In this document: piece by piece, positions 18,986 through 27,104 of the stretch
Position numbering within the stretch: the stretch's first letter is position 1
How the letters are laid out: every line of letters starts with the position of its first letter
Origin: Hyphomicrobiales bacterium
Lineage (GTDB): Bacteria > Pseudomonadota > Alphaproteobacteria > Rhizobiales > Xanthobacteraceae
Direction: 5' to 3'
Assembly: GCA_023269635.1 (NCBI GenBank)
Contig: JAHFPN010000002.1
Location: 1,770 to 65,769, forward strand
DNA length: 64,000 bases
Position numbers and translations under genes: made by a program
Notes under the pieces: model-generated
The model's database searches: none
What the model was told of the DNA's origin: nothing
Seen by the model: the letters and a program-made list of their open reading frames with translations, nothing else

Positions 18986-20953
18986 ATGAGCGAGCGCGAT
19001 CCGCCCTGGATCTTCCGCACCTACGCAGGGCATTCCACCGCCGCGGAGTCGAACCGGCTCTATCGCGCGAATTTGCAGAAGGGCCAGACCGGCCTGTCGG
19101 TCGCCTTCGATCTGCCGACCCAGACCGGCTACGACGCCGATCATCCGCTCGCGCGCGGCGAGGTCGGCAAGGTCGGCGTGCCGATCGCGCATCTCGGCGA
19201 CTTGCGCGCGCTGTTCGAGGGCATCCCCCTCGACACCATGAACACCTCGATGACGATCAACGCGACGGCGGCCTGGCTGCTCGCGCTCTATGCCGCGCTC
19301 GCGGACGAGCAGGGGGCCGCGCGCGGGAAGCTTTCGGGCACGGTTCAGAACGACATCATCAAGGAATATCTCGCGCGCGGCACCTACGTGTTTCCGCCGG
19401 CGCCGTCGATGCGGCTGACGCGCGACGTGGTGCTGTTCGCCACCCGCGAACTGCCGAAGTGGAATCCGGTGAACGTCTGCTCCTATCACCTGCAGGAAGC
19501 CGGTGCCTCGCCGGTGCAGGAGCTCGCCTTCGCGCTCGCCGCCGCGATCGCAATCCTCGACACCGTGAAGGCCTCGGGCCAGGTCGCCGGCGAAGCGTTC
19601 GAGGAGGCGGTCGGCCGCGTCTCGTTCTTCGTCAATTCGGGCTTAAGGGTGGTGACCGAGCTCTGCAAGATGCGCGCCTTCACCGAGCTCTGGGAGGAGA
19701 TCACGCGCGAGCGCTACGGCGTGCGCGCGGAGAAGCACCGCCGTTTCCGCTACGGCGTGCAGGTGAACAGCTTAGGGCTTACCGAGCAACAGCCCGAGAA
19801 CAACGTGCATCGGATTCTCCTCGAGATGCTCCCGGTAGTGCTCTCGAAAGGCGCCCGCGCCCGCGCGGTGCAGCTTCCGGCCTGGAACGAGGCGCTCGGC
19901 CTGCCGCGGCCCTGGGACCAGCAATGGTCGATCCGCATGCAGCAGATCGTGGCCTACGAGACCGATCTCCTGGAATACGGCGATCTGTTCGCCGGCTCGC
20001 CGGTGATCGCGGCGAAGGTCGAGGAGCTGAAGCGCGCGGCCATGGACGAGCTCGCGCTGATCGAGCGCATGGGCGGGGCCATTGCCGCGGTCGAGAGCGG
20101 CTACATGAAATCGCAGCTCGTGGAGTCGAACACCAAGCGCCTGGAGGCGATCGAGCGCGGCGAGCAGATCGTGGTCGGCGTCAACCGCTTCACCGAGACC
20201 GAGCGCTCGCCGCTATCGGGCGGCAACGAGCTGATCCAGACCATCCCGGCAAGCGCCGAGCGGGAGCAGATCGAGCGGCTCAACGCCTGGCGCGCACGGC
20301 GCGACGCCAAGGCGGTCGCCAACACGCTCGAGGCGTTGAAACGCGCGGCGCGCGAGGGCGGCAACATCATGCCGCCCTCGATCGCCTGCGCCAAGGCCGG
20401 CGTCACCACCGGCGAATGGGGCGCGGCGCTGCGCGAGGTGTTCGGCGAATATCGTGCACCGACCGGCGTCGGCCGCGCCGCCCGCAACGACGCGCAAGGG
20501 CTGACCGACGTGCGCGAGGCGGTGGACGCGGTGTCGCGCAAGCTCGGGCGGCGGATCAAGTTCCTGGTCGGCAAGCCCGGCCTCGACGGCCATTCCAACG
20601 GCGCCGAGCAGATCGCCGCCCGCGCCCGCGACGCCGGCATGGAGGTGGTCTACCAGGGCATCCGCTTCACCCCGGCCGAGATCGTGGACGCGGCCAAGAG
20701 CGAACGCGTGCACGTGGTCGGGCTTTCGATCCTGTCGGGCAGCCACGTGCCCTTGGTGCGCGAGGTGATGGCGCGCCTCAAGGGCGAGGGGCTGAAGGTG
20801 CCGGTGGTGGTGGGCGGCATCATCCCGCTCGAGGACGAGACCGCGCTGAAGGCTGCGGGCGTCGCCGCGGTCTATACGCCGAAGAATTACGAGCTGAACC
20901 GCATCCTTGCCGACGTGGTGAAGATCGTCGACAGCGCGCAGCGAAATGCCTGA
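18986..20953 (+). CDS. ecm: ethylmalonyl-CoA mutase (MeaA)
   Basis: 655 aa. The N-terminus PWIFRTYAGHSTAAESN is followed by a mutase TIM-barrel domain and a C-terminal B12-binding domain with DxHxxG (DGHSNG). Confidence 0.9.
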   Translation: MSERDPPWIFRTYAGHSTAAESNRLYRANLQKGQTGLSVAFDLPTQTGYDADHPLARGEVGKVGVPIAHLGDLRALFEGIPLDTMNTSMTINATAAWLLALYAALADEQGAARGKLSGTVQNDIIKEYLARGTYVFPPAPSMRLTRDVVLFATRELPKWNPVNVCSYHLQEAGASPVQELAFALAAAIAILDTVKASGQVAGEAFEEAVGRVSFFVNSGLRVVTELCKMRAFTELWEEITRERYGVRAEKHRRFRYGVQVNSLGLTEQQPENNVHRILLEMLPVVLSKGARARAVQLPAWNEALGLPRPWDQQWSIRMQQIVAYETDLLEYGDLFAGSPVIAAKVEELKRAAMDELALIERMGGAIAAVESGYMKSQLVESNTKRLEAIERGEQIVVGVNRFTETERSPLSGGNELIQTIPASAEREQIERLNAWRARRDAKAVANTLEALKRAAREGGNIMPPSIACAKAGVTTGEWGAALREVFGEYRAPTGVGRAARNDAQGLTDVREAVDAVSRKLGRRIKFLVGKPGLDGHSNGAEQIAARARDAGMEVVYQGIRFTPAEIVDAAKSERVHVVGLSILSGSHVPLVREVMARLKGEGLKVPVVVGGIIPLEDETALKAAGVAAVYTPKNYELNRILADVVKIVDSAQRNA

Positions 20954-20958
20954 TTCTT

Positions 20959-21099
20959 CACCTCTCCCCTGTGGGGAGAGGTCGCGAGCGAAGCGAGCGG
21001 GTGAGGGCGGATTGACGTGGCCCCGGCGTCTCTAGCACCCCCTCACCCGGCTTCCTCGCTAGCGCTCGGAAGCCGACCTCTCCCCGACGGGGAGAGGTG
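20959..21099. repeat. 141-bp composite palindromic element with terminal CACCTCTCCCC-N-GGGGAGAGGTCG hairpins in inverted orientation
   Basis: Hairpin 20959-20984 and hairpin 21074-21099 are reverse complements. The internal arms (GCGAGCG...GGGTGAGGG) also partly pair. Confidence 0.8.
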
Positions 21100-21131
21100 A
21101 TGGATTCCGCCAACGCACCGGGCTCGTCTGC

Positions 21132-22079
21132 GTGAACCAAATCCTCCGCATCGCCGAGATCGTGGTCCCGGTCTTCGCCGTGATCGGGCTGGGCTATGCC
21201 TGCGCCTGGACCAGGTTGCTGCCGGCGCGCGCGGCCGACGGGCTCTCCGACTACGTGTTCGTGGTCGCGATCCCGCTCATGATCATCCGCACCTTCATCG
21301 AGGCGAAGCTCCCCGAGGCCTCGCCTTGGGGCTATTGGATCGCGTATTTCGTCGGCGTCGCCATGGTCTGGGCCGTGGGCCAGGCGATCTCGGCGCGGCT
21401 GTTTCGCCGGCGCCTGCGCGAGGCGGTGATCCACGGCTTCGCCTCGAGCCAATCCAACGTGGTGCTGATGGGCATTCCGCTCGTGCTCGCGGCTTACGGC
21501 GAAGCCGGCGCGGTGCCGCTGTTCCTGCTGATCGCGGTGCACCTGCCGCTGATGATGGTGGCCGCGACCGTCATGATCGAGGGCGGCGAGGCCGGGCTGA
21601 AGCCGGCCGCGCTCCGGCGCTTTGCCTGGAACCTGGTGACCAACCCGATCCTGATCGGCTTCTTCCTCGGCATGGTCGCGCGCTCTTCCGGCTTGAGCCT
21701 CGGCGGCATCCCGAAGACCGTGGTCGACATGATCGCGGCCTCGGCGGTGCCGTGCGCGCTGTTCGCACTCGGGCTCGCGCTGCATCGCTACGGCATCGCC
21801 GGCGATATCGCGCTGTCGACGGCGATCTCCGCACTCAAGCTGATGCTGTTGCCGCTGGTGGTGTGGTTGCTGGCGCGTCACGTGTTCGACTTGAGCCCGG
21901 TCTATGCCGGGGTCGCGGTGGTGTTCGCGGCCATGCCCTCCGGGGTCAATTCGTATCTCCTCGCCGAGCGCTACAAAGCCGGCGTGGTCACCGCGGCGAG
22001 CGCGGTGTCGATCTCGTCCGCCGCTTCGCTCTTCACCGCGGCGTTCTGGCTCTGGGTGCTGGGGATCGGCCTGAACTAG
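21132..22079 (+). CDS. AEC-family (auxin efflux carrier type) transporter
   Basis: 315 aa, GTG start, about ten hydrophobic segments. The N-terminus IAEIVVPVFAVIGLGY is typical. Confidence 0.8.
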   Translation: MNQILRIAEIVVPVFAVIGLGYACAWTRLLPARAADGLSDYVFVVAIPLMIIRTFIEAKLPEASPWGYWIAYFVGVAMVWAVGQAISARLFRRRLREAVIHGFASSQSNVVLMGIPLVLAAYGEAGAVPLFLLIAVHLPLMMVAATVMIEGGEAGLKPAALRRFAWNLVTNPILIGFFLGMVARSSGLSLGGIPKTVVDMIAASAVPCALFALGLALHRYGIAGDIALSTAISALKLMLLPLVVWLLARHVFDLSPVYAGVAVVFAAMPSGVNSYLLAERYKAGVVTAASAVSISSAASLFTAAFWLWVLGIGLN

Positions 22080-22987
22080 AGCCCGATCGCGCGGCGCACG
22101 TCGGCCGGCGTCCAACCGGCGGCGCGCAGGTCGCGGAGCGTGGTCGACTGATCGCGCTTGGCGAGCTTCTGCCCATCCTGGTCGAGCAACAGTCGATGAT
22201 GATGATAGATCGGCGCTCGCAGGCCGAGGATCTCCTGCAACAACCGGTGTACGGAGGTAGCCTCGTAGAGATCGCGGCCGCGCACCACGTGCGTCACCCC
22301 TTGCAGAGCATCGTCGAGCACCACCGCGAGGTGATAGCTCGCCGGCGTCTCCTTGCGTCCGAGGATCACGTCGCCCCATTGCTCCGGCGACGCCGCGACC
22401 TCGTGCGGCGCGCCGCCGCCGGTCTCGGTCCAGCAAAGATTCTTCTCCCTCCCCGCTTGTGGGGGAGGGTTGGGGAGGGGGGTGGCTGCGCGTGCGGCCC
22501 GCTCGATCGCCCGCTTCATGTCGAGGCGGAGCGCGAACGGCTCGGTCGCGCGGCGCCGCGCCCGCTCCGCCGCGGAAAGCTCGCGCGCCGCGCCCGGATA
22601 GAGGATGGCGCCGTCGGGATCGCGCGGCCACAGCACGCCCACAGTCTCGCGCTCGGCCACCAGGCGTGCGATCTCGGCGCGGCTCTCGAACGCGGGATAG
22701 ACGAGACCCTCGCGCTCGAGCCGCGCCAGCACGGTTGCGTATTCGGCGAAATGCTCCGACTGCCGCCGCACCGGCTGCTCCCACTCGATCCCGAGCCAGG
22801 CGAGGTCTTGGTAGATCGCGGTTTCGTACTCCGGCCGGCAGCGGGCCGGGTCGATGTCCTCGATGCGCAGGAGATGACGCCCACCGGCCGCGCGCGCCAT
22901 CTCGAAATTGATCAGCGCCGAGAGCGCATGGCCGAGATGCAGGTGGCCATTCGGGCTCGGCGCGAAGCGAAAGACGGGGCGGGGCAT
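22076..22987 (-). CDS. gluQ: tRNA glutamyl-Q(34) synthetase
   Basis: FRFAPSPNGHLHLGHA (HIGH motif) and the LAVVLDDALQGVTHVVRGRDL core. I prefer the ATG 22987 start because the six upstream codons come from a repeat hairpin. Confidence 0.85.
   Translation of the reverse strand: MPRPVFRFAPSPNGHLHLGHALSALINFEMARAAGGRHLLRIEDIDPARCRPEYETAIYQDLAWLGIEWEQPVRRQSEHFAEYATVLARLEREGLVYPAFESRAEIARLVAERETVGVLWPRDPDGAILYPGAARELSAAERARRRATEPFALRLDMKRAIERAARAATPLPNPPPQAGREKNLCWTETGGGAPHEVAASPEQWGDVILGRKETPASYHLAVVLDDALQGVTHVVRGRDLYEATSVHRLLQEILGLRAPIYHHHRLLLDQDGQKLAKRDQSTTLRDLRAAGWTPADVRRAIGL
22444..22485. repeat. hairpin repeat copy inside the gluQ coding sequence
   Basis: TCTCCCTCCCCGCTTGTGGGGGAGGGTTGGGGAGGGGGGTGG closely resembles 25104-25140. 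It translates in frame as TPLPNPPPQAGREK. Confidence 0.7.
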
Positions 22988-22991
22988 TTTT

Positions 22992-23017
22992 CCCTCTCCC
23001 CGCAAGCGGGGAGAGGG
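22992..23017. repeat. hairpin repeat CCCTCTCCCC-GCAAGC-GGGGAGAGGG
   Basis: Perfect 10-bp stem between the gluQ start and the alkA-like gene. Confidence 0.8.
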
Positions 23018-23055
23018 AAGTCTAGCATCGCGTCGGTCGATGTAGCCTCCGCCCT

Positions 23056-23745
23056 ATGTCCCACATCCACACCGAAGCCGATCTCGAATTCGGGCTCGCG
23101 GCCCTTCTGCGGCTCGACGCGCGCCTTGAAGAGGTGCTCGCGATCTCCGGGCCGCCGCCCCTGCGGCGGCGAGCAGCCGGTTTTCCGGGCCTGGCTGCGA
23201 TCGTGTGCTCGCAGCAGCTCTCGACCGCGAGCGCGGGCGCGATCTGGGGCCGGCTCGAACAGGCCTTCGATCCATTCGATCACCACGCCGTGCTCCGCGC
23301 CAGCACGCCGAAGCTCAAGCGCGCCGGCCTTTCCGCGGCCAAGATCAAGACCTTTCGCGCGGTCGCGCGCGCGCTCCGCGACGGCGCGCTCGATCTCGAC
23401 GCGCTCGCCGAGCTTCCGGCCGAGCAGGCGCACGCGGCGCTGGTGGCGCTCAAGGGCATCGGCCCCTGGACCGCCGACATTTATCTCTTGGCTTGCGTCG
23501 GCCACGCCGACGCGTTTCCGGCCGGCGATCTCGCGCTGCAGGAGGCGGCAAAGCTCGCGTTCAGGAAACGCAAGCGCCCGACCGCGAAGCAGCTCGCGCG
23601 CATGGCCGAGCCCTGGCGGCCATGGCGCGGCGTGGCGGCGCGGCTGCTGTGGACTTATTATCGCGCGGTCAAGCGGCGCGATGTCATTGTGGTGCCGCGA
23701 ACCGGGCAGGCCCGGCGCGCGGTGCCGGTTCAGCCGAAGCCTTGA
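23056..23745 (+). CDS. DNA-3-methyladenine glycosylase II-like (HhH-GPD family)
   Basis: 229 aa with the helix-hairpin-helix LKGIGPWTADIYLL followed by the catalytic Asp region. Confidence 0.8.
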   Translation: MSHIHTEADLEFGLAALLRLDARLEEVLAISGPPPLRRRAAGFPGLAAIVCSQQLSTASAGAIWGRLEQAFDPFDHHAVLRASTPKLKRAGLSAAKIKTFRAVARALRDGALDLDALAELPAEQAHAALVALKGIGPWTADIYLLACVGHADAFPAGDLALQEAAKLAFRKRKRPTAKQLARMAEPWRPWRGVAARLLWTYYRAVKRRDVIVVPRTGQARRAVPVQPKP

Positions 23746-23754
23746 GAACACCGA

Positions 23755-24432
23755 ATGGCCGCGACACTGGACGGTCCGCGCATCGAGCCGCGCTCCGGCA
23801 AGGCGCGCCGGCTGGTAGTGCTCGTCCACGGCTATGGCGCCGACGGCAACGATTTGATCGCGCTCGGACAGGAGTGGCGGGCGCGCCTGCCCGCCGCCGC
23901 CTTCGTCGCCCCGCACGCGCCCGAGCCTTGCGACGGCGCGCCCATCGGCCGGCAATGGTTTCCGCTCATCCAGCGCGACATGGGCGAGCGCTGGCGCGGG
24001 GTGAACCGGGCCGCGCCCGCGCTCGACGCTTTTCTCGATGCCGAGCTCGCCCGCCGCAATCTGCCGAGCCGTGCGCTGGCGCTCGTCGGCTTCAGCCAGG
24101 GCACCATGATGGCGCTGCACGTGGGACTCCGGCGCGCGCTCGTCCCCGCCGCCATCGTCGGCTATTCCGGCCTCTATGTGATGCCGGATCGGCCGGACGG
24201 CGAGGCCGCGGCGCGCGCCGAGATCCGCGCGCGGCCGCCGATCCTGCTCGTGCACGGCGACCTCGACGATCTGATTCCGCCCGCGGCGCTGTTCATGTCC
24301 ACGAAGGCGCTCGCCGCCGCCGAGGTGCCGGTCGAGTGGCATTTGTCGCAAGGGCTCGGCCACGGCATCGATCCCGAGGGCCTGCGCCAGGGCGGCGAGT
24401 TCCTGGCTCGCGCCTTTGGCGTCCCTGCCTGA
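23755..24432 (+). CDS. phospholipase/carboxylesterase-family alpha/beta hydrolase
   Basis: 225 aa with the nucleophile elbow GFSQG, plus HGDLDD and GHGI for the acid and His. Confidence 0.8.
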   Translation: MAATLDGPRIEPRSGKARRLVVLVHGYGADGNDLIALGQEWRARLPAAAFVAPHAPEPCDGAPIGRQWFPLIQRDMGERWRGVNRAAPALDAFLDAELARRNLPSRALALVGFSQGTMMALHVGLRRALVPAAIVGYSGLYVMPDRPDGEAAARAEIRARPPILLVHGDLDDLIPPAALFMSTKALAAAEVPVEWHLSQGLGHGIDPEGLRQGGEFLARAFGVPA

Positions 24433-24530
24433 GACATCGGCGCGCTTCACAAGACCGACGCCGACCCGATATAGTCCCGGCCAACGAGACGCCCGCCGCA
24501 CAGTCGGGCTTAAGAATCAGGGAGTTGTCA

Positions 24531-25088
24531 GTGACGGTTGCAGTATCACCGGGGGCCTGGCCAGCGCTCGTGCTGAACGCGGACTATCGGCCGCTCAGCT
24601 ACTACCCGCTCTCGGTGTGGTCGTGGCAGGACGCGATCAAGGCCGTGTTCCTCGAGCGCGTGCAGCCGGTCGAACACTACGACAGGAGCGTGCACAGCCC
24701 GAGCATCGAGATCCGGCTGCCGAGCGTGGTCTCGCTCAAGACCTTCGTGAAGCCGGCGCGCAACCCGGCCTTCACCCGGTTCAACGTGTTTTTGCGCGAC
24801 CGTTTCTCGTGCCAGTATTGCGGCGCGCGCGAGGACCTCACCTTCGATCATCTGACCCCGCGCTCGCGCGGCGGCCAGACCATCTGGGAGAACGTGGTCA
24901 CCGCCTGCTCGACCTGCAATCTCTTGAAGGGCGGCCGTACGACGCGTGAAACCGGCATGCGGCCGTGGCAGATGCCGTTCCAGCCCACGGTGCAGGACCT
25001 GCACCGGAACGGGCGGCTGTTCCCGCCCAACTATCTGCACCAGAGCTGGCTCGATTATCTCTATTGGGATACCGAGCTGGATCCTTAA
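24531..25088 (+). CDS. HNH endonuclease
   Basis: GTG 24531 follows AGGGAG. HNH and zinc motifs: CQYCG...[10 protein letters not shown]...[14 protein letters not shown]. Only the last 185 codons of the 627-aa ORF look genuine. Confidence 0.75.
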   Translation: MTVAVSPGAWPALVLNADYRPLSYYPLSVWSWQDAIKAVFLERVQPVEHYDRSVHSPSIEIRLPSVVSLKTFVKPARNPAFTRFNVFLRDRFSCQYCGAREDLTFDHLTPRSRGGQTIWENVVTACSTCNLLKGGRTTRETGMRPWQMPFQPTVQDLHRNGRLFPPNYLHQSWLDYLYWDTELDP

Positions 25089-25103
25089 GCTCGATCTCCA
25101 ATT

Positions 25104-25218
25104 CCCTCCCCCTGGAAGGGGGAGGGTTAGGGAGGGGGTCATCGCAGCGTCGGAGCGACCCCCACCCGGCTCCGCCCGATTTCGCGGGCGTCGCCACCCT
25201 CCCCTTTCAGGGGGAGGG
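25104..25218. repeat. composite hairpin-repeat element (same family as 20959-21099 and 22444-22485)
   Basis: CCCTCCCCC-TGGAA-GGGGGAGGGTTAGGGAGGGGG lies at 25104-25140 and CCCTCCCC-TTTCA-GGGGGAGGG at 25197-25218. The central GGGGGTC...GACCCCC segment also pairs. Confidence 0.75.
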
Positions 25219-25719
25219 AAAAGGATCGCGACGGGCTACGGCGAGCGCGAAGAGCGCGAGCGCGCCCGCGATCAGCGCGTTGTAGCCCGCAAGCGAAATC
25301 CCGAAGAGCCGCCACGACGCCTCGTCGCACGGCACCACCCGCACCGGCTCCTTGAGCGACGAAAGGATGTCGCCGGACGGCGCCAGCGTCGCGCCGGTAC
25401 AAGCCGCGGGTCCCGCCCAAAATTTCCATTCAATGCCGGCGTGATAGACGCCGATCGCGGCGGCGATCACGAATAAGAAGGCGAGCACGTGGAAGCCGGC
25501 ACGAACATGGTTCGCGCGCCCGGGATCGCGCGCGATTGCCGCGAGCAGGAGCGCGAGCGGGATCGCGACATAATAGAGCACGCGCTGATCGAGGCAGAGC
25601 GGGCAGGGGGTGAGCCCGAGCACGAGCTGGAAGTACCAGGCGCCGCCGATTGTCGCCGCCGCGATCGCCGCGATGGCGAGCGCCGCCGTCTGTGGCGCTA
25701 GGCGGGCGCGATCGTCCAT
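25207..25719 (-). CDS. disulfide bond formation protein B family
   Basis: CPLCLDQR motif and four TM segments. I prefer ATG 25717-25719 (MDDRARL). The last codons and the stop lie in the hairpin repeat. Confidence 0.75.
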   Translation of the reverse strand: MDDRARLAPQTAALAIAAIAAATIGGAWYFQLVLGLTPCPLCLDQRVLYYVAIPLALLLAAIARDPGRANHVRAGFHVLAFLFVIAAAIGVYHAGIEWKFWAGPAACTGATLAPSGDILSSLKEPVRVVPCDEASWRLFGISLAGYNALIAGALALFALAVARRDPFPSP

Positions 25720-25766
25720 GGTTGCCGGTCCTGCCATGCGGGCGGCGGCATAGCCCGCCGCATTCC

Positions 25767-25820
25767 AAGTGTCCAACCCGGATTAAGTGTCCAACCCGGA
25801 TTAAGTGTCCAACCCGAATG
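25767..25820. repeat. three tandem 18-bp direct repeats AAGTGTCCAACCCGGATT
   Basis: Two perfect units (25767-25784 and 25785-25802) and a third with two changes (25803-25820). There are no spacers. Confidence 0.95.
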
Positions 25821-25880
25821 TGTCGGCGCCGCGGCCCGGCCGCGCGGCCGCGTCATCGACGAACCCGCAAGCGCCGGCGC

Positions 25881-25909
25881 CTTGTCGCGCGCCCGCGCCC
25901 CGCTATGAT
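25881..25909 (+). promoter_or_regulatory. candidate sigma-70 promoter of tRNA-Leu
   Basis: CTTGTC-N17-TATGAT. The -10 element ends 9 nt before the first tRNA base. Confidence 0.5.
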
Positions 25910-25918
25910 CATTCTCAA

Positions 25919-26005
25919 GCCCCCGTGGCGGAATTGGTAGACGCGCCTGACTCAAAATCAGGTTGCCGCAAGGCAGTGCCCGTTCGACTCGGGCCGGGGG
26001 CACCA
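25919..26005 (+). tRNA. tRNA-Leu (anticodon CAA), CCA encoded
   Basis: The acceptor stem GCCCCCG pairs with CGGGGGC. D-arm GGCGGAATTGGTAGACGC, anticodon loop CT-CAA-AA, long variable arm GTTGCCGCAAGGCAGTG, T-arm GTTCGACTC. Confidence 0.9.
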
Positions 26006-26009
26006 TTGT

Positions 26010-26029
26010 GCCGCTCGAACTTGAGCGGC
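26010..26029 (+). terminator. short hairpin just after the tRNA
   Basis: GCCGCTC-GAACTT-GAGCGGC with no T-tract. Confidence 0.35.
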
Positions 26030-26057
26030 GAACCGCAGCGCCACGGTATTTCATCCG

Positions 26058-27086
26058 ATGCCGAATGATCCCATCCTCGTCACCGGCGCCTGCGGCTTCA
26101 TCGGCTATCACGTGGCGCGCCGACTGCTCGAGCAGGGCCGCGCCGTCGTCGGCCTCGACAATCTCAACGATTATTACGATCCGGCGCTGAAACGCGCCCG
26201 GCTCGCGGAGCTCGAGCTTCTGCGCGGCTTCCGCTTCGCGCAGCTCGATCTCGCCGATGCCGCAGGCGTGGCCCGGCTGTTCGCCGAGGGTCGCTTTCCG
26301 CTCGTGGCCCACCTCGCGGCGCAGGCGGGCGTGCGCTATTCGTTCGACCATCCGCACGCCTATGCGGAAGCGAACCTCGCGGGCTTCCTCAATGTGCTCG
26401 AAGGCTGCCGCCATTCCGGCTGCCGGCATCTGCTCTACGCGTCGTCATCGTCGGTCTATGGCGCCAACACGCGGATGCCGTTCCGCACCACCGACAATGT
26501 CGATCATCCGGTCAGCCTCTATGGCGCCACCAAGAAGGCGAACGAGCTGATGGCGCACGCCTATGCGCATCTGTTCGCCCTGCCGGCCACGGCTTTGCGC
26601 TTCTTCACCGTCTATGGGCCGTGGGGCCGGCCCGACATGGCGGTCTGGATCTTCACCGAGGCGATCCTGAAAGGCCGGCCGGTCAAGCTGTTCAATCGCG
26701 GCAAGATGAAACGCGATTTCACCTATATCGACGACGTGGCCGAGGCGGTGGTGCGGCTCCTGGACCGGCCCCCGGCCGGCAATCCGTCCTGGTCCGGCGA
26801 CGCGCCCGACCCGGCCTCGAGCCGCGCGCCCTGGCGCGTCTACAACATCGGCAACAGCCGGCCGGTCGAGATCACCGCGCTCGTGGATCAGATCGAGCAA
26901 GCGACGGGCAAGCAGGCGATCCGCGAGCTGTTGCCGATGCAGCCCGGCGACGTGCCGGAGACATCCGCCGACATGGACGCGCTTAAGGCCGAGATCGGCT
27001 TCGCGCCGAAGACGCCGATCGCGGAGGGCATCTCCCGCTTCGTCGAGTGGTATCGCGCCTATGGCGCGCGGGCAGGCAAGCGCTAG
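26058..27086 (+). CDS. NAD-dependent nucleotide-sugar epimerase (UDP-glucuronate 4-epimerase-like SDR)
   Basis: ILVTGACGFIGYH Rossmann motif and YGATKKANE (YxxxK). 342 aa. Confidence 0.85.
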   Translation: MPNDPILVTGACGFIGYHVARRLLEQGRAVVGLDNLNDYYDPALKRARLAELELLRGFRFAQLDLADAAGVARLFAEGRFPLVAHLAAQAGVRYSFDHPHAYAEANLAGFLNVLEGCRHSGCRHLLYASSSSVYGANTRMPFRTTDNVDHPVSLYGATKKANELMAHAYAHLFALPATALRFFTVYGPWGRPDMAVWIFTEAILKGRPVKLFNRGKMKRDFTYIDDVAEAVVRLLDRPPAGNPSWSGDAPDPASSRAPWRVYNIGNSRPVEITALVDQIEQATGKQAIRELLPMQPGDVPETSADMDALKAEIGFAPKTPIAEGISRFVEWYRAYGARAGKR

Positions 27087-27104
27087 GCGCTACGTGGCCG
27101 AAAA

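Noticed and set aside
20958-23818. 608-aa minus-strand ORF (20958-22784) and 830-aa plus-strand ORF (21326-23818)
   Set aside because: Both overlap the AEC transporter, gluQ and glycosylase genes in other frames or strands, and both run through repeat elements. Their composition is dominated by Arg, Gly, Ala and Pro.
23205-24530. Upstream 440 codons of the 627-aa ORF ending at 25088
   Set aside because: It overlaps the glycosylase and esterase genes in another frame and is Arg/Ala-rich. Only the segment from GTG 24531 (RBS AGGGAG) carries the HNH motifs.
25767-25820. Possible CRISPR array
   Set aside because: The units are only 18 bp and directly abut each other with no spacers. No cas genes are present. 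This is a simple tandem repeat.
25919-26005. tRNA-Leu as a genomic-island integration site
   Set aside because: There is no integrase, no direct repeat of the tRNA 3-prime end and no compositional shift. The flanking genes (a DsbB-family protein and a nucleotide-sugar epimerase) look like ordinary chromosomal genes.
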